A stretch of DNA of 52,566 bases, filler included, from Porpidia crustulata (taxonomy: Eukaryota): NCBI GenBank assembly GCA_964255105.1. It is 4 parts of 4 records of this genome, joined end to end, with 100 filler letters (N's around TTAATTAATTAA, not from the genome) between each part and the next. Parts side by side here need not be neighbours in the genome. Positions count along the whole stretch, not along the records: positions 13,206 to 26,287 come from CAXUWE010000462.1; 3 more parts are not named here. One strand, given 5' to 3'. Of the stretch, positions 13,206 through 25,100 are shown piece by piece. Within the stretch, counting starts at the first letter, position 1. Each line of letters begins with the position of its first letter. Below the pieces are notes generated by a model. It was given only the letters and a program-made list of their open reading frames with translations. It did no database searches and had not been told where the DNA came from. The translations under genes and the position numbers were made by a program.

Positions 13206-13930
13206 TGAGTTGAGCACGAAGCTCCTATCTAAGGAAATGACCATCATTATATAGACATAGTAAATTCGTGCTAAAAGCCCATGCTCGGTATGCTATGGAT
13301 GCTATGTCCCATAGCATAGCTAGCATCCCTAGCATAATAAGATATACGCTTCTTCCGGGTATATTTGAAACTGCCTAGTGAGCCGTGCTAACAACTTAGT
13401 GCTACGAAGCAAAATTAAAAAATGAAGTTCGGTAACGTGAAATAAAATGCTTGATAGCAAACGACAGTCAATCAACCTTAAACGTTAACGTATTATATAA
13501 ATGAGGTGCTCGATGAGATGTTTAATGAAGTGCTTAATGTTACGATCAGACCTTCCCCAACATCCCCAGCAGCCCACCGGATCAAGGTGGTGCCGAGCCT
13601 AATGAGGCCTAGCGTCGCTCTAGCATTGCCAATTTCCCATCGCCCCAAATACCGCTCTGTATCCGGATTTCCTTTCTTCCTTAGCATTTATTTCTTCGTT
13701 GATTTACCCCCATAGCTAGGTAGTTAGGAGGCCCCTAACACTTAATGAGATATATTAACGAAATAAACGAGACGTACAAAGGAATAGAGTGTAAAATAAA
13801 TGTATCGTAAAATATTAATATACGTAAATCAGTTTTTACTGCATATATACGATCTTTTCATAATAACAGTATTTTTAAGAATACAGTTTCAGCTTTAATA
13901 CGAAAACTACGTTTTAATACGATATTCATG
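13206..13930. repeat. AT-rich, TpA-rich degenerate repeat or transposon relic (RIP-like)
   Basis: Visibly more AT-rich than its flanks, with abundant TA dinucleotides (e.g. aaaatattaatatacgtaaat, tagcatagctagcat), no credible ORF, and located at a contig end. Element family not recognisable. Confidence 0.55.
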
Positions 13931-14436
13931 ATGTTACCGCCTAAAGACGATACGCGCAGGTGATACCGTCATGCTACCGTAATTCAGACTGGTAGCACTC
14001 CACTAAGGTACCTATCCACTCACCGCATCACTCCTTCACCGGCCCAAAGAAGTGTACAGATGGTCAATCGTGTCTATTATCTGTTCAGGCATGACACTAC
14101 GGGCTTGGGACATATTTCTTAAATGTCTGCTGGGGTTATTTCCGCACGACTGCGGTAATAGGCACCTCTCCTTCCATGTAACGCCAACGTCGTCGCCTAA
14201 AATTTGCACTAGTCTTGAGGGAATTTCCAGAGCGGGCTTAGATACAATGGTCTTCTTCCTGCATCATGAAGGCACGAAAGTCTACTCGGGTCGCCTACCA
14301 AGCTTTTCTCTAGCTCGTGCCCGCCTGCTCGAAGAGTAGCAGATGCAACGATATTACAAATAGCAGCTAGCGTTTTGACAAACCCGCTGCCTTCCTTAGC
14401 TGAGCTAGATATGCCGGTGAGCACCATCTACTGAAC

Positions 14437-16642
14437 CTATCGACTACCATGTTCGCATTCCACCCAAGACTTCAGCAATTCTTCGTCATCCTCGAACCTG
14501 CTGGCCGATTTAGGATCGCATCGTTGCAGTGGGTAGAGGCTCGTGATTAAAACCCTCAAGCGACCTTTCGGTCCACCAACGAGATTTTCGAGTAATTTAG
14601 CAAAGTCATATAGCTTCGGAGCTCCTTGACGATGGCTGAATGCGTAAACGTCAATTCGGTCGATAACCTAGAATATTGGTTGCATTGAATCATCGATCTG
14701 GCCCGTGGGAGTGACAAGGGCTGTTAGTGGATCTCTGATATCAGAGCTGCCTGATGGAAAATTGTCCAAAAGACAGCGCATGAGGGAGCCCAGTCCTTCG
14801 AGACTCCATTTCGGTGTTCCGGGCGCGGTACCTGCCAATGACTTAAGAGCTTTATGCTTCAGTACTGGCAGAGGATGACGAACGAGGAGTTGATATATCG
14901 CCTCTTTCAGATGAGTGATGGTGGTGCGCTGGGTATCTGTACCAGCGACATGTGGAAGACCAGTCTGATGCATGGAGTGAAGAATTACGGGGGCCCTTTC
15001 ACTGAGTGGTAACTCTTGGGGGGCTTGGCCATATTTACAAAGAGTGTTGACGATTTCAAGCGCTATGTTTGAGATACCTAGGTCTCTAGGATTGACAGAG
15101 TTGATCCAGATTAGCTTCTTGAGCTTGCTCCTTGGTAAGGGGGCAGAAGAAAGCCAGTCGATCAGAGGGGGCTTTTCCATCCTTGCTCGGCGTTCTTGGC
15201 TCTGCGCTGTCGTTTGACATAATGCATAGCTGATCTGAGTCGATGCAAAGGACCAAAGTGCATCTGAATCATATTCCATGTGGACTAAATGATTCTGGAT
15301 GCGGCTGAGAGCTTTCTGACGCTTCGCATTTTCGCTATCTGATATCGAGAAAATTGTGCATTAGCTGAAGCCGCCTCACAATCTAAGAAGGGCATAATCA
15401 TGAAGTGTAGCTCACCTTCAACTTTGAGAGATGTCTTTTGTAGCTGCTTTGCAACAGAGTCCAACTCCTGGCTCAGTTTGTCCGTTTTCCCTTGGAGCTC
15501 CCCGTTTGTCTCTTGAAGCTTGTCCGTTTTCTATCCATTCTTTTGTGTTACAAGCCGAGTCATTCGGATCTCGGAGGCCATTCCGATCGCGCCTTGGTCG
15601 CGGATGTCTCTGGATTTCTGGTCTACATTTCCCAGAAATTTGCTGAACTCGGAATCAGATGCTGAAGAGAGTAGCCGTTCTAAGATTTAGAAATTATCCA
15701 CGTTAGGCACCCAAATCTACATCATAGGAAGTGTCAAGGTGCTTTAGATACCTAAGGAGCCCCTCCATCCAGAATGACGGTAATACAGGAAAACTTTTGG
15801 CAGAAAATTCATCACTTCGGCATAGAGCTCTGCGATGAGACTCATCATTTGGTCAGTTGGATAGAGTTCACCATATCCATCCAGCTTGGGGAGCGACTTC
15901 TCAAGAGCGATAAGAGACTGTCATGTAGACTCATGGTCAGCAACCACTTCTCGCCAACTGAAAGATATGAAGGGTAGACCTTATGGATCAGTTCATCCGT
16001 GAGCTGCTTCTTGGCAATGATCTGTCCATCCAAGTCAGATACATACTGTCTCACTTTTCTAAATTTCAAGCCCTTGTCACACCTCGAAACATGTGCTTGG
16101 AGCGAATGGTCGGGCTTACAGTAACAGCTACGGAACATACCCCCCAAATCACGCCGGCCGATCCATGAGGATCTGCTCCTGTGACCGCACCGACAATAGG
16201 GGAGTAGGTTCTAGTGAAACTTTCGAAGCTCACCAGATTCTTCAGGACTTTGTTTCTGGTCCGCGTCCTTCGCTTTTCTTCGTGCTTGCCTTCCAACTTC
16301 TTGACGTATTCGATAAATTCTGGAGGTGATTTTATACTTCTTTGAACTTGTATCTCTTCGGCTTCAAGCTTCAACTCAGAGAGGGTTCGTTCCCACTGAT
16401 CCCGAGCGTTCGTGATACGCTGAGCTAGTCTATCACCAACGACATCAGAACATCATATCTTACAATGAGGTATAGGAAGGAAGAGAGGAGGCCTTAGCTC
16501 ACCGCTCAATATTTTCAGAACTCTGTCTCTCATACCAACGGCTCAACGAAGTGCTTGTGAGTTCTGCGGGGGTTCGATTCTTCGATTCTCTTTCTTCTTG
16601 GCCGTTGATTGCGGTGACGATCGTGCTTGATGTAGTCTCCAT
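14437..16642 (-). pseudogene. DUF7708-like N-terminal helical domain + coiled coil + degenerate NACHT-like domain (~607 codons, 6 exons) with two in-frame TAG codons
   Basis: Exons 16642-16503, 16429-16120, 16021-15980, 15917-15752, 15679-15416 and 15338-14437 are phase-consistent (1824 nt). N-terminal motifs DPHGSAGVIWG and LPKLDGYGELYPTDQMMSLIAELYAEVMNFL; NACHT-like IDWLSS..LIWINS, IYQLL, IF*VIDRID and LRVLITS. Stops at 15531-15533 and 14668-14670. The exon 3 donor (GTCTAC) is weak. Confidence 0.72.
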
Positions 16643-17784
16643 TATAATTGAGTAAGATCAGAGCCCAAGTTACATATGAAGTTGTAAGAAATCCATTAAA
16701 AACGTATTTTTCTAAGATCTGACTGGACTGCCATTGAGGCTGAGCGAGACACAACAGAATTCGGCGCTTAGGCGCTGCATATCTCCAACGACGGTAGTCA
16801 GAATTAGTGATATCAGTAAGTTTATTGTATTCGGACTCAAGGTGAATGCGAGTCTGGCGTCTGCTGGGAACTGCGGACGCCAAAACAGCTTCTTGCCTGT
16901 TGCGCGTCCGTTTTTTGGGTTACACCACCTTCGGCAACACCGCAAACTTTACTACCGACCTCAAAGAGCCTAGAATTCGCGAAGGAGGATTTTGAATGGC
17001 GCCTGTTATTTCCTCGATGTCACCAATCGCTCTCTGGAGAGTTGAACATTTGCGACACTGGGATGTTTGATTACTGATGAAACCCTGGCCACCTAGTCAA
17101 TAGGTCGACCTGTCAAACATCCATTGAGCTGTCAATTAATAGCCTGTGTGCCGGAGTATTTCCTATAATAAAACTCACCGAGGATTGGAAGATAATCATA
17201 TCATAGTGGTGCCCCCCCTTTCAGAAGTCATCTCTATCGATACCACCGTAGTTTTGGGGACCAAAAGTGCTGCATGCATGTACGACTTGCCAACCAGAAT
17301 CGACACACCTTACTCTGCATCGCTGATGTACTGGCAATTTCAAGACAAGGGAACACTTAGCCGAAGGTAACCTTTCAGCTCGATTGTGTATTACGACTGT
17401 TTTACACCGCTTTACCATTGGAGCTACGTTGACGTCGAAGGACAGGTCGCGACGTAGATGCGCGTGCTACAATTACGGCGAAGGCGATGCGCGGTCAAAA
17501 GAACCATATCTAGCCAATAATACCCATGTATCATCGAGAAGCTGTTATTCTTAGGATATAGCTTGCTTTCAATCGTTTCACTCCTTGGGAGAGAGTAGGG
17601 TGTATTCAATTTGGATGTCAATGAGGCTCTCATGTTGCCTAATTTAGCCGCAAGGCCCGATATTTAAAGAAGGTCCAAGTTCATCAATTGATATCCAGTT
17701 CTTACCCACCGATTCCACCTATCTTCTCGAAGCTGCTCTTAGAAACACGATCGGCTCAACAGATCGAGCACCGAAGACTAACCC

Positions 17785-20617
17785 ATGGCAAACGAGCGCT
17801 CCGTCAGCAAAGTAGGGGCAACTGGAACGGAGGCCGATGTTGGTGAACCCATGGATGTAGAAGCCAAAAGAATTTCAACCAAAAAAAAAGAAACAATGTC
17901 CTCCGAAGTGCACGACAGCGCATTGGATTGTAAGACCGAAGTCTTGGGGACTTCTGTTAGCACTGCACTGGACAGAGCAGGTATCATGAGGCCTCTAATA
18001 CCAAGCCAAGAAATTGCTCTTCTCGAAATGCAATATATTGAGCTACTCGAAAAAAAGGTTGCGCGGCTGAAGGCAGAGGAACATGGAGATGAATTATTGG
18101 ATAGTGGTACGGAGAATTACGAAGAGGAACACAAAGTAAGTCTTCATATGGCCCAAATAGTGTTTAATTGATATACTATTTCAAAATAGTCAAGAATCAA
18201 GTACAGGCAGGAGAGTCGCCGAAAGCTGGCTATCAGACTTACTATATCTAGGGTACCGCCAAATACCCTGAACCAGAAGATCCGCCAAACAAAGATTCGG
18301 AAGACCAATCTGCAAGCCAGCCAGAGCAAAAGCCAGAGCCAACAATCGACGAAGGACGGGTACGCTATTGTGAGCTAAAACAGGATAGTTACGGTCAATA
18401 CTCCGACCATACAGTTGAAAAGCCGAATAGCACGAACACATCCGCAGAAGCCCAGAGTGGAGAATACGCTATCTCTTGGCGTTTACCAAAGGGGGTGCAA
18501 AACGAGAAAAACGAAAACCCGTGCTACTGATCGAGTCTCATGCTCTGAGAGAAGCCTTAAAAGAAGTTGCAGTTGGTAACCCAAGCGTGATCTTTGACAC
18601 TAAGGTTGTAGCAATGCCTTGGCCATATGATCTCATATATCACAAAGAACAAAGACTTCGCGAACTTGCGGAGGCCGATGCATCAAAGAGGGAAGACATC
18701 GAGATACTTCTCAGAGAAGTTGAACAGCGGCAAGCTACTGAGCGCAAAGACGCCGAGGAGTTGAGCAAGAACGGGCAAGTTACATACGACTTGCTCTGGA
18801 CCCTTTTCTACCAGGGGGACTTGGTCGTCCAGAAGGACATAATGCGAAAAGAGCAGGCCTCAATTATTGGTCCTCAACTTGGCCTGATTTCGGATGATTC
18901 TGAGCAATATACCATAGATCTCTGCAGTGTGGATTATGATGGAACGGATTTCACCTACCTCGATAATCAGGTTACTATAGAATGGTTTAAAGGAGCAAAG
19001 GCTATTACTGATCTGGCAGTTATACCCTTCCAAAAATGGAAAGGCCTTGATGGTGAGTTTTCCAAGTCAATAGGCATTCATTCCCAAAGTAATAATTATC
19101 GACGCGTAGGATCTGCACCGGAAGCGTTGAGAGAGCGCCTGATTAGAAGAGGTCGCAAATTTGAGGACTTGTGTAACGATCAATATGGAGGAAGCTTCCG
19201 ACAGTATGGGGGCCTTATTGTGGATGAGGGTGCGGACGAGATGCTTCGCGACGATGACGACGATACAGTAGGTGGAGAACTACATAGATTGCATGGGCAT
19301 AGAGCTTACCAAACTCGGTACATCAGACACACGGATCGGCAAAAATCAAGTCGACAACCGTCAGGCTCTCCGAACCCAGGACTAAAGACGGGGCGGTGAG
19401 TTTCCTTCCAAAACTTTCGCAACTCGATGTTTCTGGAAGCTTATTGGCTAGGGAAAACTCGAATCTGGATCACTCGTCATTGTCGGTACGTTAGCAGCTT
19501 TTCTCACAACTATCACATCAAAATCATTAAGCTCCGTCTCTCAGATCACGAGGCCTACTTCAACTATGCCAAGAAACCCCTGAAGCTCGGTAGCCAATCT
19601 CCCCTGTCTGAGCCTTGCGATTGCTCGTCATGTGTTGAAGTCCGAAATGAATTTATACATGACCTTCCAGATGCGCTTGACGAAAGAAAGAAACGCTCGA
19701 AACTGACCGATACGCAATGCTTACTGTGTCCTCCACGCGTTTTTGGTTTTGCGATCAGGAGCAAAATGTGGATGCAGTTATTAGTCGACAATGTCGATAT
19801 TGTTGACCAGAAGTCAAAAGAAAAACCATACGAAAAGCTCGAACTGGACATGAAGAGTAAAGAAATGCTCAAGACGCTGGTTATTCAACACTCGAAAGGT
19901 ACGGGCCCTATCGACGATATCATTCCTGGTAAAGGTGATGGTCTTATCGTGCTACTTCACGGACCTCCTGGCGTTGGTAAAACCTTGACGGCCGAAAGTC
20001 TAGCTAAGCTGTCAGGCAAACCCCTATACACTATCAGCATGACGGACGTTGGCACTTCACCTCTAGTCGTGGGAAAAAACCTTGTTCGCGTGTTCGAATT
20101 AGCGACTCACTGGAACGCTTTACTGCTATTTGATGAAGCCGATATATTCTTGGAAACTCGATCTCTTATGGATCTCCGCAGGAACAGCTTGGTTTCAGTC
20201 CTTCTCCGGATTCTGGAATACTTCCGGGGCATTCTATTCCTAACTTCAAATCGAGTCAAGACCTTTGACGAGGCTTTCCAATCTCGTATCAACGTGGCCG
20301 TGCAATACCGAGAACTTACAGAGCCTCAGCGCAAGAAAATTTGGTATTTATGGCTAGAAAAGGCCAAGGATGAGATAGATGACCGCAGTGAATTTGATGA
20401 TGCGCTCGAAGAAGGAGGTGACTTATCCAGAACCGAGTTGAATGGAAGGCAGATTCGGAACGTTTTCAGAGGTGCAATGTCACTGGCCCACGCACGGCCT
20501 TTAGGGGAGCGGAAGCTGACGATCAAGGACGTCGAGACGGTGCTCAAGCGAACAGTCGAATTTCAAACGTACATGCTGCAAAACCAAGAGGTAGCAAGGA
20601 GACAGGGTATTCGTTAG
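17785..20617 (+). CDS. Fungal AAA+ ATPase with DUF7025-like N-terminal region; probable 1-nt frameshift near 18490-18520
   Basis: VTYDLLWTLF, LRERLIRRGRKF, LLCPPRVFGF, DDIIPGKGDGLIVLLHGPPGVGKTLTAE (Walker A), LLFDEADIFL (Walker B), LRILEYFRGILFLTSNRV..FDEAFQSRI and lid LNGRQIRN. Likely introns 18136-18251, 19053-19109, 19268-19326, 19396-19451 and 19486-19544. Confidence 0.88.
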
Positions 20618-22120
20618 ATCTGTCGAGGTTGGGGGCAAAATGTCGGATTTTTGTGGATGGAATCCAGGGCTTTTTCATGCAGAAAATTTGCTTCTTTGTT
20701 ATCGTGATAGCAGTGGTATGTATCTATAGACTAGTTGTACTCTTATTTGTTCGCTTTGCCACCGCTGCATTCGATGTCTCGACTAGCAGTCAAGTCGAGC
20801 TTATAACCAGCTTGGCAGTAGAAAGCACAAGACCGAATTTTGCTCTCCCCTGCAGTCATAAAAGTTCTGAGGATCAATGCCATCCCCTCTTGCTTCAACT
20901 TTCAATCCATTGTATGATCGCTAAAAACAAGAATAGCAGCAGTAGCACGTTGCCTCAAGATCTCCCAAAATTGAGAGAGTGGGGTTGAAGCTTCATAGAA
21001 GCAGAGCCTATTACGATAACAACAAGACCGCGGCAAACAGGTAGGCGTATATATTGAGGATCGAAGGCAGCAGAAAGGGTCCTTTATAGGGAGAACATTG
21101 ATGCGGGCACAGCATTGGCTCTACGGTGACGAGGCTTCAGGTTTGGAGTCAAGGGAGCCAAGTCCCGGTCCCCGCCGGAGTCATTGCTTGAATCGGACGA
21201 AATCGACATTGTATGAGCGGCTCATGGGCAAGAGAGCATGAATGCAAAAGCGGACGATAGTTGAGTTGAGTGAGCAGCGCCGTAGCAGATTTTGAGCAGC
21301 GAGTGAGATGGGAGAAAGGCGCCAGAGTAGAGCAGTGGGAGCTTGTTGAACTGACTGGGGAGGGCAAGCAGATTTTGACAGGCAGGCAGCCCCAAAGTAG
21401 ATACGTGCCTACTCGGATTATCGATTCAGTGATTTCTGTTCCAGGAAGAATATTGTGAGATGTTTAGTATAGACTGACACCGCACGCGCTTTTCTTTTTC
21501 CATTAGGATTCCACAAAGAACAGGATGGTACGGTCGACATCGCCTGGACTTCTTAGTACATCTTCGTAAATCAATAGCAACTCACTAAATCGCCATCGAC
21601 TGTCAAGTGACCACCAGTCCAATAGATAATCCTGTAGTAGATAGGTAATTAATTGTTAGGGAGCTGTTGTGACGTTCGGGGCGCACCAAAACCAAGAGAT
21701 CGGCAGAACTGTCGTGTCTAGGCCTAGAACTTGCCCGCTGTCTGTATTAATTGTCTGTCCGCTTTCTTGCCGCTGCAACGTGAAACCCCGTCAGACTTAT
21801 CAAAACTTTCAACATCAGCCCCAGTTGTGCGCTGAGCCACATCTTGTTTACACGTTTCGCGCTGACATTGTTCCAACGATCGTATTCATAAGTCACTCGT
21901 CTCAGACTTCCAGAAGATGGTTGCTTTGTTTCAACGTCATTGGCGGTAGCTACATTTCTTTTGATTGGACCAACTAAGCTCGTTTCCGCGTCAGAATCTC
22001 TTCCTTGATGCCACCGCGCAAGAACATCCAGCCATAATAGCGGGACGGTCAGCAGGGGATATACACAAGAAGCCTTGACTGTGGGACTATTTGAGGCTCC
22101 ACCTCGACCTTAGGCGCAAC

Positions 22121-25100
22121 ATGTTCCATCGCAAGAGAGCGCAGTCGAACCCGGTAAGTTTTCATGCTCTGCTACATACATCTCCTTGCCCATCAAGCAA
22201 TCCACTCACAGCTATCCTACAGCCTTTAAAAACCCCTCCAACTGCGGCAGCGTCAACAGCAGCTGTACAGGCTTTTCTTGCAAGCCGTGCCTCCAATGCA
22301 AGTCTTTCGAACGCAGCTGCAGCTGCAGCTCTCCGGTCCCACACTACAACCCCAACACCAGTCGGAGATATACAAACAAAACGTATGCAGCGGAGGGGAT
22401 CTACATCTTCTAATGGGAGCGCAAGCCCCATTGTACGTGGGGGACTACAGCGGCAAAACAGTTCTGGGTCGATGACAGAGCGGTCCTTCAGGGATCCCTC
22501 ACCAAATCGAAAGACTTCAGCAAGTGTACATACCGAGGATCCTCCGCCAGTACCTGCCCTTCCCAGAAGTTACATGTCTCCACCACCACCACCAGTGCCG
22601 GCAAAATCAGGTCGAAGGGCAGCAAGTGTTGAGCCCCCCGAAAGAGTTGTCTCACCTCCGCCTAGACCTAATGGGCGAGGTGTAAGTTTAGACAGAGGGC
22701 CTGGTGTGATGCCAGGTAAAGGAGACATCCGAAGCTTTTTCAAGCCGACTGTTGCGAAGCTAGATGAGGAACGCTCTCAGAGCAGGGAATCAGTGAATTT
22801 CTCGCGGCCCATGAGTCCGCGAAATTCGCCGCCTACTTCACCATTGGTTAACAAACCACCGCAATCGCCCTTGAGCCAACCCTTAACTACTGCGCAGGCT
22901 TCAGCAATGAAGAGTGAAACGCAGAAATTGCCAGAAGGCGAAGCGCAGAATATGGCATACCGGATACAAGAGACTGCAACCCGTCCCGTAAAGAAGAAGA
23001 AGAAAGCGATCACCCAAGATTTGAGAGAAGGTAGCCACTTGACGGCTGGTGGAAGTGGTATAAGGACCACAGGATCTGCGTTGGAGACCACTCCCAAACG
23101 GCAACCCCTAAGCGCCACATCAACTCCCTCACCTACAGCTACCATATCTCAGCCAGCTGGGCTCAATGACGCAGTGAATACTGCTCCAAGAAGAAAGAAG
23201 AAGAAGGCAATTTCTGCAGCAGGAGCTCAAACAGCGTACCCATCTGATACAGATTCTATTGTTTCCGATGTTAGCAGCTCGGCCGACCGACCTCGAAACT
23301 ACAATACCAGGGCAGGAAGACTATTGGCGAAACAGCCTTCAATTGTAAGGGAAGATCGAGAAGCTGAGGAGAAAGAGGATCGACCTGTTCTAAGTAAGAA
23401 GACGCTGAACAGTGTAACGCAAGGTGGCAATGTTGGCACAGGGACAGCTCCTAATACGTCAAAGCCACTTACAAATGGTCAACAGCACAAGAAATCTGTA
23501 AGCCAACCAGAAACTTTAGTACCGCCGGCCAAGGCCATCTCGCTAGATACAGGATCTACAAATCGACATCAATCACTAAGCCCAGCACGAGCTGCTCACT
23601 TTTCCTCTCAACCAATACTCAATACCCCAGACGAGAAAAAACACCAACCGCCAGCTCGCTCAGTGTCACCTGCAAAGTCTGCTCTGAAACCTTCTCTGTC
23701 ATCACGTGGTGCTTCGCCAGTAGGCTTTATGCCTGGAAGCTGGAATCGCTCTCATGGGAAAGCGGCAAGCGAGGCATCAGACACAACATCCGTCATCTCA
23801 GATGATGGGCTAAAGCCTGCCTCTAGGAAGAAAAGTGTACGTGTCAGCTTCGATGATGAGCCAATCGCTGTTGGCCGTGCCGCTAGCCCACCTACAAGCC
23901 CTGATTCCCCCCTAATCTTGAGCCCACAGAATAACCACAATTCGAACAAAGCGTGGTATACCTCTGGACGTGAACGAAAGACCGGGGCTGGGGGATCTGA
24001 TTCAGATCAAGAAAGTATCATGAAACCGATCCCTGTACTCCCCTCCTTTGGTAGTGTTCGCGGACGGAATGATCAGGCTAGGCTAGATGTCGATCAGGCC
24101 CACCCGGGACAGGGACTTGGTGAGACGCATGCCTCTACTGATCAAGTAGTTGGAAATGTGCTTCAACAGGATTTCCAAAGTAAAGGCAGTGGCCCCGGTA
24201 TCGATGCACCTCCGCACGCATCAAACGACCCATTACCCCCCGAGGTCACGTCCGTTGAAGGCAGTGGTTACCACTCAGACACTGATGATAGTGCGTATAG
24301 CGACAACGGGGGTGAATCGCACAACTCGCCAGCTACCTTGGCCTCCTCGCTGTCAAGCAATGGGACCGCCCTAGGTCAGAAATTTGCACCCATCGACAGT
24401 ACCGTTGAGGAAGAGTCAATGCAAGTAGATAATACCTTGGTGCCGTTAATAGCCGTCCAGCCAGCCACTCCAGGCACAGAGGGTCCCGAAGTGGATCAAG
24501 AAGACTGGTTCGGGATGCCAGGTGGTTTCCCTGCCTCGGGAGAGATCTCGCATCCCCAAGACCAATCTCCAGGGCCAATTGTGGAGCATCATGCAACCGA
24601 ACCAACTCCCGCGAATATAGGAATTGCAGAGCCTGAGCCAGAAACCGCACATCATGAACATAAATCTCCAGTTGTAGGGGAAGTCGCTGAAGGCTTACGG
24701 ATTCAAATTGAGCATCATCGAGATGACGAATCAGAAGATTCAGGTAGCAGTATCTACAGCGATGCTGCAGAGGACCTGTCAGATGTTGAAGGCGACGGAT
24801 TTGGATCTATCAATGCTATTGTTGAGAGCCCTGTCATTAAGCCAACTGTACCCGCCACAAATCCACCCCAAAGCCCCAGCACGCGAGCGGTGGCTGCTAG
24901 ATCTAATCGACCTAGTCCTCTGGCTAGGAATGATAGCGAGCAATCTGAGCCTGCACAAGAGGAAGGCTGGGATCGAGCGCAGCAATATTGGTCTGGGCTC
25001 AGTCAGAGTCGTAAGCAGCAGGCGGAGAACGCAGCTGCTCCAGGGGCAGATATTTCGACTGAACCCAAACCGAAACCAAAGAAGAAGAAAAAGACTATGA

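Noticed and set aside
21086..21460. Small ORFs, including a 41-aa minus-strand MSISSDSSNDSGG peptide
   Set aside because: Short, with no motif or splice support.
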